Source: an uncultured virus (IMG/VR IMGVR_UViG_3300027963_003549) (Duplodnaviria; Heunggongvirae; Uroviricota; Caudoviricetes). Taken from it: a stretch of 64,000 bases of DNA. The notes below the pieces were generated by a model, which did no database searches, was not told the DNA's origin, and saw only the letters and a list, made by a program, of their open reading frames with translations. Both the position numbers and the translations under genes were made by a program. Below, piece after piece: positions 30,486-40,096 of this stretch. The stretch lies in IMG/VR virus record IMGVR_UViG_3300027963_003549. One strand, written 5' to 3'. Every line of letters begins with the position of its first letter. Position 1 is the stretch's first letter.

Positions 30486-31681
30486 GAAATTATACCTTTA
30501 TTTGTTATTTTATAATTTTCAGTACCTGATTCAAATACTAAACTTCCTTTATTTGTTTTTCCTATAAATTTATATTTAGGATTATCTTCCGCAAATTTCT
30601 TAGCAACAATTTCTTGTTCATAGGTTTCAGAAAGTCTATCAATTTCAGAGAACTTTGATTTTTTGACATGATTCTCACGAATAATTTTATTTTTCTTCAA
30701 GACTTTGTCAATCTTATCTTCCTTGAAGTATCTTGATAGTACTTGGTCAACTGATGATTCGGTGAACAATTCATCTAAAACTTTATCAATTCCATAATTC
30801 TCTACAGGTTCGGTAGGTTCTTCAATACCCATATCATCACCCATATCAGGTTCAGCCATCATCTCGTCTCCCATTTCAACACCTTCAAATTCAAACTTAG
30901 ATACGATATCGTCTTTGTCATCTTCTTCCAATTTTGACAAATCCAATGCTGAAATGATTGAATTTAAAACATATTTAATTTGTTGTGAATCCAATGGTTC
31001 AGAAGATTCTAAAGTTCTCAACTTTTGACCTAATTTACCAACTAATTTTTGAATTTGTCGGTATGAAACTTCTTCATCACCCATATCAGGTTCTGACATC
31101 ATATCATCTTCCATACCACCCATGTCAGGTTCTGACATCATATCATCTTCCATACCACCCATGTCAGGTTCTGACATCATATCATCTTCCATACCACCCA
31201 TATCAGGTTCAGGCATAGTTTCACCTTCCATACCACCCATATCAGGTGCTGGTGTAGGTAATTCCTCAGCTGGTGTTGGTGCTGCGGGTAACTCCAATTT
31301 TGGTTTTGGTGTTTTTAATATAAATTTTTTCTGTTCACCCAACAAAGGAGTTTCACCATCAAAACCAGCCAATCTATTACTTTCTTTAATAATTAAATTA
31401 AGTTTTTTCATAGCCTGTGAATAAGAACGGAAATATGTTCTATTTTTCATTGGTTCTAAATAATCAACCGATTCGTTAATTTCTTGTTTGATTACATATC
31501 CTAGTTTTTCTTTAACAATATCATATTTAACACCATCAACAGATCTAAAAGAAAAAGCATCTTTTGAAGTTTCATTTACAGGTTGTGGGATGTTCTCGTT
31601 GTATTTCGCAATCTCCAACATTCTGTTGATTTTTTCCATACCTTGTAATTTCTCACTACCGATTGGTTTTAATTTACTCAT
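30482..31681 (-). CDS. hypothetical protein with 13-aa repeats (possible head/internal protein)
   Basis: MSEPDMGGMEDDM repeats and a Pro-rich linker. Confidence 0.75.
   Translation of the reverse strand: MSKLKPIGSEKLQGMEKINRMLEIAKYNENIPQPVNETSKDAFSFRSVDGVKYDIVKEKLGYVIKQEINESVDYLEPMKNRTYFRSYSQAMKKLNLIIKESNRLAGFDGETPLLGEQKKFILKTPKPKLELPAAPTPAEELPTPAPDMGGMEGETMPEPDMGGMEDDMMSEPDMGGMEDDMMSEPDMGGMEDDMMSEPDMGDEEVSYRQIQKLVGKLGQKLRTLESSEPLDSQQIKYVLNSIISALDLSKLEEDDKDDIVSKFEFEGVEMGDEMMAEPDMGDDMGIEEPTEPVENYGIDKVLDELFTESSVDQVLSRYFKEDKIDKVLKKNKIIRENHVKKSKFSEIDRLSETYEQEIVAKKFAEDNPKYKFIGKTNKGSLVFESGTENYKITNKGIIS
31080..31247. repeat. 39-bp coding tandem repeat (about 4 copies)
   Basis: CATRTCAGGTTCTGACATCATATCATCTTCCATACCACC units. 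Confidence 0.9.
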
Positions 31682-31697
31682 ATCTTATAATATTTAA

Positions 31698-31883
31698 TTA
31701 ACTATTTAGTCCGTTACCACTACCGATTAACACAGCATTTCCTTGTGTAACTATATCACCCTGTGTATTTTTATAAATAGGTCTTGGTGTTCCACCAGCA
31801 ACGTTTGCTGATGTTGATCCACTCCAAACACCAGTATCATATAATGTCCCGTTTGGATAAGTAGAAGCCGTAAGTGTTGCCAT
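31698..31883 (-). CDS. Small Gly/Thr-rich protein (possible virion protein)
   Basis: 61-aa ORF with TATTTATA upstream. Confidence 0.6.
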   Translation of the reverse strand: MATLTASTYPNGTLYDTGVWSGSTSANVAGGTPRPIYKNTQGDIVTQGNAVLIGSGNGLNS

Positions 31884-31929
31884 AACTATTTTTTATAAAT
31901 AAATAGTACGTAACTTAATAAAATTTTAA

Positions 31930-32682
31930 TTATTCTTTACTTTCTATCGTTTCTTTTTCAACCGACAACTTTTTGGTTTCCAATTCAGTTGGTAAATTAA
32001 TTAATTTTTCTAAATATCCACGTCTTCTTAAGAACTTATATACCAAATTTTCCAATGACATCTCATCTTTTTCAAGACCCGCTTTCCTATAATTTTTAAG
32101 CTGGTCTTTTAGTTTTGAAATTAAATCCTTTGCTTTGTCCAAAGGTAGAGATTTTATATTTTTCTCTAAAGTATCAATTTTGTCCATCCAATGTTTTGAC
32201 TTTGTAATTAATTCTACCTCATCCACTTCAACATTCAATGATTGTGGTTTTACCAACCATTTATCATACATTAAAGAATAAACACCACCTGAAGTGTGTT
32301 TTTCATTAATGTCTTGAACATAAACCTCAACAGGATAGTTTTTAATTTTAATATCGTGTTTTAGGTTATATAATAATTTTTTAGAATCAAATAAGTTATT
32401 TAATACCTCGTGTTCTGTTTTTTTGAATTGATCAAAATCAACCAATAAATGTAAATCAAAATCTGAATACTCACTCCAATTATAATTGGCTAATGATCCT
32501 GTTAAGATTACGTCGTCCATCATAAAATCAACTTTAATCGTATCATAAAATGAACTGGCAACTTTCAATAACCCCTCCCTAACATCAGGTTTCATCTCAT
32601 ATTCACCTTTAACTTTTTTCCATATTTTTGGATTAAGGGTTTCTTGAGGTTTGAACGATTTTGCTATATTTGTATTATCCAT
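31930..32682 (-). CDS. Pol-beta-superfamily nucleotidyltransferase
   Basis: DVILTGSLANYNWSEYSDFDLH (GS...DxD) and VEVYVQD motifs. Confidence 0.8.
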   Translation of the reverse strand: MDNTNIAKSFKPQETLNPKIWKKVKGEYEMKPDVREGLLKVASSFYDTIKVDFMMDDVILTGSLANYNWSEYSDFDLHLLVDFDQFKKTEHEVLNNLFDSKKLLYNLKHDIKIKNYPVEVYVQDINEKHTSGGVYSLMYDKWLVKPQSLNVEVDEVELITKSKHWMDKIDTLEKNIKSLPLDKAKDLISKLKDQLKNYRKAGLEKDEMSLENLVYKFLRRRGYLEKLINLPTELETKKLSVEKETIESKE

Positions 32683-32701
32683 AATGATAAATATACCATC
32701 A

Positions 32702-32944
32702 TTAAATCTTTGTGTATTTGTATTTTTTTGCGATTTCAGAATTGAAGTATTTTCCTTGAGATTCTGATAGTTTGAATCTTGCTATAGATGCGTGAGGAAC
32801 GTCTTCGTATTTATATTTCGTCCCGTTCTTAAACTCAATTATGAACTCTTTAGTTGCGGTATCATATTCCGTCTTATCAATGTTAGATGATTCCACTTCA
32901 TATAGAATCTTGGTACCATCAATCGTCTGTTTTTTTATTCCCAT
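32702..32944 (-). CDS. KTSC domain protein
   Basis: VESSNI...YD......IEFKNGTKYKYEDVP......SESQGKYFNSEI. Confidence 0.85.
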   Translation of the reverse strand: MGIKKQTIDGTKILYEVESSNIDKTEYDTATKEFIIEFKNGTKYKYEDVPHASIARFKLSESQGKYFNSEIAKKYKYTKI

Positions 32945-33188
32945 GTCTAATTTGTTTGTATTTATATTCAAGATAAGCTAATGCGTCTTCTATATCAATA
33001 TCTAATCCATATCTAGTTGCGGTATTCAATAACTTTTTTACCAAAAATAAATAATATTCCTTTTCTAATTTTTCAGGATTAGGCGTATCAAGATGTAATC
33101 TTTGTTTTAAAACTTTATCCGTAATAGGTAGAACATCAAATAACTTTTGCCAAACACCTCGTTTATTTTTTTCTTTATCATCATTCAT
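32919..33188 (-). CDS. hypothetical protein
   Basis: ORF from ATG 33188 with TATTTAT upstream. Confidence 0.55.
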   Translation of the reverse strand: MNDDKEKNKRGVWQKLFDVLPITDKVLKQRLHLDTPNPEKLEKEYYLFLVKKLLNTATRYGLDIDIEDALAYLEYKYKQIRHGNKKTDD

Positions 33189-33255
33189 AAAAATAAATAC
33201 AAGTACTATTGGATAATTCAAAACGATGAATTACCTTTGTAAAAAATTCTTTTAT

Positions 33256-35277
33256 ATGACAGAACATTTTGATGAAAACGATGGATTAGGAAAATCCAAA
33301 TCAAAACAAACATCCGCATCTGAAACACCAGTGTTGGATAATTTTAGTAAAGATTTGATGAAACTTGCATCGGAAGGAAAGTTAGATCCTGTGATCGGAC
33401 GTGAGAGAGAAATTGATAGGATTGCTCAAATCTTATCAAGGAGAAAAAAGAACAACCCTATCATTATTGGTGAACCAGGTTGTGGAAAAACCGCAATCGT
33501 TGAAGGTCTTGCAATGAAGATTTTTAAGGGTGAATGTCCGAGAAGTTTGTTAGACAAACGAATTGTTCTTTTGGATTTAACATCAATTGTTGCAGGAACA
33601 AAATACCGAGGACAATTTGAAGAACGATTAAAAGTTATTTTGGAGGAAATCACCAATAACAAAAACATTGTAGTATTCATTGACGAAATTCATACATTAG
33701 TTGGTGCGGGAAACTCATCAGGATCTATGGACGCATCCAACATTTTCAAACCCGCACTCGCAAGAGGTGAATTACAATGTATTGGTGCAACAACATTGGA
33801 TGAATACCGAACAAACTTTGAAAAGGATGGGGCGTTGGAAAGAAGATTTCAAAAGATTGTGGTAGATGCACCAAACAAAGATCAGACGTTAGAGATTCTA
33901 AAACAATCAAAGGACAAATATGAAGATTATCACAAGGTAATTTATTCAGATGAAATTTTGAACTTGTGTGTAAATCTTGCGGATCGTTACATTACCGATC
34001 GTGAGTTTCCTGATAAAGCATTTGACATTCTTGATGAAGTGGGTGCAAAAAGTCAGATTGAAATTAAGATGCCCGAAGCAATTGAAAAACTCAAAGACCA
34101 AGCCGTCGAAATCAAGAGATTAAAACAAAATGTTGTTAAACAACAAGATTATGAACAAGCGGCAGAACTTAGAGACCGAGAAAGAAAGATCATTTCCAAA
34201 TTAGATGAAGAGAAGAAAAAATTTGAAGGTGAAATGAATTTACACAAGAAGGTTATCATCCCTGAACTTGTTTTGGAAGTTGTTTCCAATATGACCAAGA
34301 TTCCGGTAAATAAACTTAACTTGGATGACAAGAATTCATTATTGAGTTTGGAAACCGATTTGTCTCAATCAGTTATTGGACAATCTGAGGCTGTTACCAA
34401 AATTGCAAAAGCAATTAGAAGAAATCGTCTTGGAATTAAAGACCCAAATCGTCCGATTGGATCATTTATCTTCTTAGGTTCTACCGGTGTCGGAAAAACC
34501 CACTTAGCCAAACAATTGGCAAGACAGGTATTTGGATCACCTGACGCATTGATTAGAATCGATATGTCAGAATATCAAGAAAAACACACCATCTCAAAAC
34601 TAATAGGTTCTCCTCCTGGTTATGTTGGACACGATGAAGGTGGTCAATTAACTGAACAAGTTAAAAATAAACCATATTCTGTAATCTTATTTGATGAAGT
34701 AGAAAAGGCAAATAAAGAAATCTTTAATACCTTACTTCAGATGTTAGATGAAGGACATTTGACAGATAGTCTTGGAAGAAAGATCAATTTCAAAAATACA
34801 TTGATCATTATGACAACCAATCTCGGAGCGAAGAAAGTACAAGAATTTGGAACAGGTATCGGTTTCTCAACCTCAACCTCAAGTAAATCAATGATTGATG
34901 AGAGAAAGAAAGATATCATCACCAAAGAACTTAAAAACTTCTTCTCACCTGAGTTCTTAAACCGAGTTGATGAAATGGTTGTCTTTAATTCTTTGAATCA
35001 CGAAGATATTGTTAAAATTGTTGATGTTGAAATGAATAAATTGATTTCACGTCTTTTGGAGATGAAATACAAATTCACATACGACACGTCAATCGTTGAG
35101 CATATCTCAAAAGTTGGTTACGATGAACAATACGGAGCAAGACCTCTAAAGAGAGCAATCCAAGATGAGATTGAAGACCTAATCTCAGAAGAAGTTTTGA
35201 AAGGTTCCGTCAAGGAGAATTCCAAATACAAACTAACCATCAAAGATGATCGGGTAACAATAACAAAAGGACGATAA
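33256..35277 (+). CDS. clpC: ClpC-like AAA+ unfoldase lacking the Clp N-domain
   Basis: Two AAA modules (GEPGCGKT, GSTGVGKT), KYRGQFEERL, UVR-like QDYEQAAELRD, GIGF ClpP-binding loop and GARPLKR; TACCTTTG promoter at 33232. Confidence 0.9.
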   Translation: MTEHFDENDGLGKSKSKQTSASETPVLDNFSKDLMKLASEGKLDPVIGREREIDRIAQILSRRKKNNPIIIGEPGCGKTAIVEGLAMKIFKGECPRSLLDKRIVLLDLTSIVAGTKYRGQFEERLKVILEEITNNKNIVVFIDEIHTLVGAGNSSGSMDASNIFKPALARGELQCIGATTLDEYRTNFEKDGALERRFQKIVVDAPNKDQTLEILKQSKDKYEDYHKVIYSDEILNLCVNLADRYITDREFPDKAFDILDEVGAKSQIEIKMPEAIEKLKDQAVEIKRLKQNVVKQQDYEQAAELRDRERKIISKLDEEKKKFEGEMNLHKKVIIPELVLEVVSNMTKIPVNKLNLDDKNSLLSLETDLSQSVIGQSEAVTKIAKAIRRNRLGIKDPNRPIGSFIFLGSTGVGKTHLAKQLARQVFGSPDALIRIDMSEYQEKHTISKLIGSPPGYVGHDEGGQLTEQVKNKPYSVILFDEVEKANKEIFNTLLQMLDEGHLTDSLGRKINFKNTLIIMTTNLGAKKVQEFGTGIGFSTSTSSKSMIDERKKDIITKELKNFFSPEFLNRVDEMVVFNSLNHEDIVKIVDVEMNKLISRLLEMKYKFTYDTSIVEHISKVGYDEQYGARPLKRAIQDEIEDLISEEVLKGSVKENSKYKLTIKDDRVTITKGR

Positions 35278-35278
35278 C

Positions 35279-35306
35279 AAAAAAAGGGGGTGAAAACCCC
35301 CTTTTT
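35279..35306. terminator. Bidirectional intrinsic terminator
   Basis: AAAAGGGGG-tgaaaa-CCCCCTTTT. Confidence 0.75.
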
Positions 35307-35315
35307 ATTTTTTAA

Positions 35316-36143
35316 TCAATATGGAAACGAATAATTCGGTTTCTTATAAACATATTCGTGTTTCCTATACCCCAACTCCTGAATTAACTCAGATGCGGTG
35401 TGGATTGATCTTTGTAGGTCTTCTACAATAACATACTCTTGTGGTGTGTGGTAGTCGTAATAACCCGCAGCAATATTAACACAAGAGAAATCAAACTTCA
35501 TTTTCAATTGTGATACATCGGTGTAAGGATGAATCATATACTGGTAATATGAAAAATTCTTTTCCAATACACGATCCAAAACTTCAAAGAATTCTGATTC
35601 ACGATTAAACAAACGAACACCAGAACAAACCTCAGTAATCATCCAATTTTCAGGACCATCAAATTGAATTGCGTAAGCAACATCTTCAAAAAAAGTAGGA
35701 TCAGCATCTCTTGACCCGATACACCCAATTTCCTCAGTTACAAAAAACGCAGCTTTAACGTGTGGTTCATTCAACAACATTTGCATACATCCAAAGATCC
35801 CACATTTATCATCACCACCAATACCACTCGGTGTCGTTAAGGTCTCATCAGTATATCCTTTCAATGCGAACTTTCTTGTTTCATCTGCATCAAATAACAT
35901 TTCTTCATTTACAAAAATTGGTTGGATTTTGTGTACTGTGTCAGTGTGAGCAACAACACAAGGATATGGTTTGTCTTCATACCCATCACTTGTCTTGGTT
36001 GCATAAATATTGAATAAACGATCCACATAAAATGGAATATGGTTCTCATTCAACCAGTTGGTGATAAACTTTACCATCTGACCCTCCTCACGATAGTGAC
36101 TTGGAACTGATAACAAAGATTTTAATAACTCTAAATTGTTCAT
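35316..36143 (-). CDS. M20/M28-family zinc peptidase
   Basis: VAHTDTVH, GGDDKCG, EEIGCIGS, QFD and YHTPQE motifs. Confidence 0.85.
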   Translation of the reverse strand: MNNLELLKSLLSVPSHYREEGQMVKFITNWLNENHIPFYVDRLFNIYATKTSDGYEDKPYPCVVAHTDTVHKIQPIFVNEEMLFDADETRKFALKGYTDETLTTPSGIGGDDKCGIFGCMQMLLNEPHVKAAFFVTEEIGCIGSRDADPTFFEDVAYAIQFDGPENWMITEVCSGVRLFNRESEFFEVLDRVLEKNFSYYQYMIHPYTDVSQLKMKFDFSCVNIAAGYYDYHTPQEYVIVEDLQRSIHTASELIQELGYRKHEYVYKKPNYSFPY

Positions 36144-36192
36144 ATAAATTTGTTTTGCACAAAGATAGTACAAAACTTTTTAATATCCAAAC

Positions 36193-37953
36193 TTATTGAT
36201 CAAAGTCAGAAAATAACGTTGGGTTGTAAATAAAATCAATAAATCCTTGGAATGTTGGTTCCATTCTTTTTACCTCACCATCTGACTTTCTAATCATATC
36301 AAAAAGTACTGTACCTTTTGTGTTATCAAGGTAATTGATACGAAACGAATATTTATCACTCCTTGGTAAATCGTACGTACGTCTAAGTTTATAGTTGTTT
36401 TTGTTTAAGAAATTAACAAACTCTACGGAGTCGGGATTTGATGTTTCCTCTAAAGATTCTAGAATATCATCCAAATAACTTTCAATATAATTATTAAATT
36501 CTTCTTCATCAAACTCACCTTGGTATTCGTATATATTATCTGAAGAAAAATCTAACTCACCATCCAAAAAAGTGTTTAACATCCTAATTAAAGATTTTTT
36601 CTCAGACTTGGATTGTTTGAATTTGATGATTAACATCGGAGCATAAATTCTAAAAGCCCAAACATCACTTCTCCTATTATCATCTTTAATATATTCAAAA
36701 CCTATTTTTTTCATTTCACTAATCACAGATTGATTCACTTGTTCGATGGCACCTTCTTCATACGCACGATCATTTAATATCGTATATTCGGAAACTATTC
36801 TATCTATTTTATCTTCAAACATATTATCTAACTTATCGGCAAAATCACTAATTAAAACAGTTGAAATATATTCATTCGGGTCTGAGGAAATTTCAGGTGA
36901 AATATATGATGCAATTTTCTTTAGTTTTTCATAGTTATCACCATTAAAATATCTAAAAACGTATCCATCACGATAGTCATAATTACCATCGGTTTGTTCA
37001 ATACCATAATAAGAACCAAGCGTAGCTTGTATAAAACGTTTCTCATACTCTTCTTCAACACCAAATACTTCAATAATTTCATCCAAATCCAATTTTACAA
37101 CAACCTCTGGAAAATTTTGACTTGTCATATTATCTGTATTCCTATATAAGAACAGATTATCAGCGGTTTCCCAATACAAAACTAAATTTGAATAATCTTC
37201 AGAATTATCAGTTAAATCATCAATCAATTCAGATAAATCAGGAAATTGTTTGTGTAATTCTTTTAATTCAATTTTTCGGTCTTTAGAGTCAAAAACTTCA
37301 ATATCCCTACCACCATTGGAAACAAATAATGCGTATTTACCATCAGGTACTCCTTTTTTAATGAAATAATATAACTTACCACTCTTAAAATACGCATCAA
37401 ATTGTCCTGAGTCAGTACTAACGGTACACCATTTGGTCTCAGCCCCATAATAACAAGACGATTTTATTGTCATTGGTTGGACAACTAAGATTTTATCGTC
37501 TTCAAAAATTTTATTAGCGTCTTTTTTAATTTCCTTTTCTTGTTCCGATTTACTCTTATTCATCTCTAAAAAGTTTCTTATTCTGAATAAGTCGTTTGAT
37601 GAATAACTATTGATATCTTTCGGTGCTTTCATTGCACGTTCAATATCTGATAATGGATACTTATCATGAATTTTTTCTAAAATCTCAGGAGTTAGTCTAA
37701 CATAATTTCTTTCAAAATATGGTAAATCTCTATACCAACTTAAAATAAGATCAAATTGTGTCGGTGATAAATATGGTCCACCATAAAATTCAAAATCATT
37801 CACTAAGTTTTTAGCAATCCAACTAGAATATTTACCTTCAGGAGTATCAAAATCAAATATTCTCTTTATCGTATTACTAGCATTTGGGTATTTACCGATT
37901 AACTCAGACATTACTTTGTCTTTCTTACTCTCTAAAATAATTTTTTTACTCAT
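36193..37953 (-). CDS. hypothetical protein with PcfJ-like SCYYGxxTKWC domain
   Basis: KIFEDDKILVVQP...SSCYYGAETKWCT; paralogous to the ORFs at 44694 and 49173. Confidence 0.7.
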   Translation of the reverse strand: MSKKIILESKKDKVMSELIGKYPNASNTIKRIFDFDTPEGKYSSWIAKNLVNDFEFYGGPYLSPTQFDLILSWYRDLPYFERNYVRLTPEILEKIHDKYPLSDIERAMKAPKDINSYSSNDLFRIRNFLEMNKSKSEQEKEIKKDANKIFEDDKILVVQPMTIKSSCYYGAETKWCTVSTDSGQFDAYFKSGKLYYFIKKGVPDGKYALFVSNGGRDIEVFDSKDRKIELKELHKQFPDLSELIDDLTDNSEDYSNLVLYWETADNLFLYRNTDNMTSQNFPEVVVKLDLDEIIEVFGVEEEYEKRFIQATLGSYYGIEQTDGNYDYRDGYVFRYFNGDNYEKLKKIASYISPEISSDPNEYISTVLISDFADKLDNMFEDKIDRIVSEYTILNDRAYEEGAIEQVNQSVISEMKKIGFEYIKDDNRRSDVWAFRIYAPMLIIKFKQSKSEKKSLIRMLNTFLDGELDFSSDNIYEYQGEFDEEEFNNYIESYLDDILESLEETSNPDSVEFVNFLNKNNYKLRRTYDLPRSDKYSFRINYLDNTKGTVLFDMIRKSDGEVKRMEPTFQGFIDFIYNPTLFSDFDQ

Positions 37954-38019
37954 AATAAATAAATACTTGTTAATCTCAGAATAGATATTTATCTTTGTAT
38001 TAGTTCTTTGAAATTATAT

Positions 38020-38623
38020 GGGGGTGACATGGAATCGACTGGTAGAATAAAGCAATAAATGCATTTCGAGGCTGAATTAACCTTGTAAAACTGATTCAAA
38101 ACAATAGATGGCGACGTATTCGCAAACATGGAAACTTTAGGTCTTCTTAAAGGTTCTGAAGTGTCTGTAGCCTAATTGGTTACAACACACCGGGTCGGTC
38201 AGGACATATACCTTGGAACAGGAGTCCGTTGTTGTAGTTTCGGTTAATACTCTAAAAATTAACCACCACTTTTGTCTGTTTATATGGAAAATGAAAATGG
38301 AATATTTCGGAATGTTGAGAACCGACATTGACCTATAAGTGTAGTATGTTATTGGTTTGTCTAAGCAGGACGAGGGTTTAATTTCGGACCCATCTCATAG
38401 TGATGTGAGATTAAAAATCGGATGAATTCAGGGGACTCTAAGTTCGTAAGAATATGACAATCCTGAGCCAAGCCTAGTAGGAATAGGAAGGTGCAGAGAC
38501 TATCGGGTGTTACACGCTTGTAACGTAATACCGACTTGAGCGTCCGACATCTTGATAAGATGATGATATAGTCCAAACATTATGGAAACATGATGAGTTA
38601 AGCGAATCCCTCCACCTCCACCA
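38020..38623 (+). ncRNA. ssrA: tmRNA, interrupted by a group I intron
   Basis: 5' GGGGGTGACATGGAATCGAC and 3' CACCTCCACCA form an Ala-type acceptor stem with G3.U70. The T-arm GAGGGTT/CGAATCCCTC is split by the intron. Tag ORF at 38110-38175; TATCTTTG promoter at 37990. Confidence 0.93.
38379..38602 (+). mobile_element. Group I intron (224 nt, no ORF) in the tmRNA T-loop
   Basis: P1 GGGUU/GACCC with a U.G splice pair; P10 UUCG/CGAA; core motifs AATCCTGAGCC, GTGCAGAGACTA and GATATAGTCC; P3 TCGGATG/CGTCCGA; terminal G at 38602. Confidence 0.9.
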
Positions 38624-38626
38624 AAT

Positions 38627-38655
38627 AAAAAAAGGTCAGGCGCCTGACCTTTTTT
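38627..38655. terminator. Bidirectional intrinsic terminator
   Basis: AAAAAAGGTCAGG-cg-CCTGACCTTTTTT. Confidence 0.75.
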
Positions 38656-39218
38656 TATTTACTAAAAATACCTTTAAAAATGTTAAAATTCTTGTAAGGT
38701 TCTATTAATTTTTCAAAATCTTCAGGAGTTACAATCTGTGATAAAATACCTAAATCTTTAGATTTTTCACTACTTGTTGGCTTGTTGTAGTACTTATTAA
38801 GATAATTAGACGGATTATATGGATTACCAGCAATATCCTCAATTTCAAAATGTAAATGAGCGCCTTTTGATGAACCTCTATGAGGATCATTTGGTCCTCC
38901 ACCACTTAATCCGATTACCTCACCAGCCTTTACCATCTTACCTTTAGGTACTTTAATGTCTCGTAAATGACAATATTTGGTATAAAAAGTATTACCATTT
39001 TGTTTGTGTTTTATCCTAACAAAACCACCACAATTTTTTTTATCTTGATATTCTGAACTAGTAATTTCACCATCAGCTGCGGCTAATACAGGTGTTCCTG
39101 ATTTAACCAAAATATCAATACCTTCATGTTTATGACCCTTTCTTGGGGCTCCAAATTGTTGTCCCTTAGACGGGTTTGGGATTGGTACTCCAACTGGGTT
39201 TATTATGTTAAAATTCAT
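38655..39218 (-). CDS. M23-family metallopeptidase (endolysin or virion lysin candidate)
   Basis: HEGIDI, GTPVLAAADG, YCHL and GAHLHFE motifs. Confidence 0.9.
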   Translation of the reverse strand: MNFNIINPVGVPIPNPSKGQQFGAPRKGHKHEGIDILVKSGTPVLAAADGEITSSEYQDKKNCGGFVRIKHKQNGNTFYTKYCHLRDIKVPKGKMVKAGEVIGLSGGGPNDPHRGSSKGAHLHFEIEDIAGNPYNPSNYLNKYYNKPTSSEKSKDLGILSQIVTPEDFEKLIEPYKNFNIFKGIFSK

Positions 39219-39841
39219 TATATGTACTGTTTAATTGACTCTATGTCTTTTTTTAGTTCCGAAACAATAGTCTGAGAAAATTGACCTGATTCTAAATATA
39301 TTTCGGGTATATCGGAAAATACCCAATCTAATCCAACATTAGCCACCAAATGTTTTTGATTGTCGTAAACAGGAACACCAATATGTGCGTGAGTACCGAA
39401 AGATTTAATCCAAGATCTCATTGTGATATCATCAATTAAATTAACATCAATGTAGTAACATTCATCTTTTAATAGATTTGTATTATACCACGCAAAATTA
39501 CTAATTAGAACATTTTGGTATTTGTCAGCAATTCTTTCCAAACCATCGGAACATCTTTCATATGTAATGGATGCTTTTTGCATTGGAGATTCTGTATAAA
39601 AGTTTCCACCATTATGATATTGCATAACATATAATCTATCACAATTATATTTTCTTCTCATTTCACGAAGTGAAAAATGAACTAATTCATCTTTTTGGAT
39701 TTGCTCAACCAACTTTGATCTTGAACGCTTATCTTTCTGTTTGTCTTGATATTTCTTAAAATATCCACCAGCAATTAGGGCGACAATAACAGAAGTAACG
39801 GATGTAATAACAATTTTAACAATCTCTAAGAATCCTTCCAT
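39218..39841 (-). CDS. Membrane protein with GAF-like domain (T4 holin T-like candidate)
   Basis: N-terminal TM helix followed by DRLYVMQYHNGG; adjacent to the M23 peptidase. Confidence 0.5.
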   Translation of the reverse strand: MEGFLEIVKIVITSVTSVIVALIAGGYFKKYQDKQKDKRSRSKLVEQIQKDELVHFSLREMRRKYNCDRLYVMQYHNGGNFYTESPMQKASITYERCSDGLERIADKYQNVLISNFAWYNTNLLKDECYYIDVNLIDDITMRSWIKSFGTHAHIGVPVYDNQKHLVANVGLDWVFSDIPEIYLESGQFSQTIVSELKKDIESIKQYI

Positions 39842-39897
39842 GTTTTGAGCACATTTTAATATATAAATATGCTCAAAACATAATTAAATCTCCGAAA

Positions 39898-40062
39898 TCA
39901 CTCTCTTCGTGAATCTCGTTTGGATCCGTCGTCTTTTCGTTCATTTGTTCCCCCCTTTTTGTTATTGAATTTTTCTTTCTTTTCAAAAACCTTTGAGTTT
40001 TTGTTGTTTGGATTAAAATCTTCATTTTCAAAATCCAACATTCTAAAATCTACCTTTGGCAT
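39898..40062 (-). CDS. Small hydrophilic hypothetical protein (54 aa)
   Basis: MPKVDFRMLDFENEDFNPNN...RRE*, below the ORF-track length cutoff. Confidence 0.4.
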   Translation of the reverse strand: MPKVDFRMLDFENEDFNPNNKNSKVFEKKEKFNNKKGGTNERKDDGSKRDSRRE

Positions 40063-40096
40063 ATGATTAAAAATATAATAATAATTATCTTGGAGT

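Noticed and set aside
38137..38576. Two minus-strand ORFs (63 and 71 aa), considered as a possible intron-encoded endonuclease
   Set aside because: They are antisense to tmRNA and its intron and have no nuclease motifs
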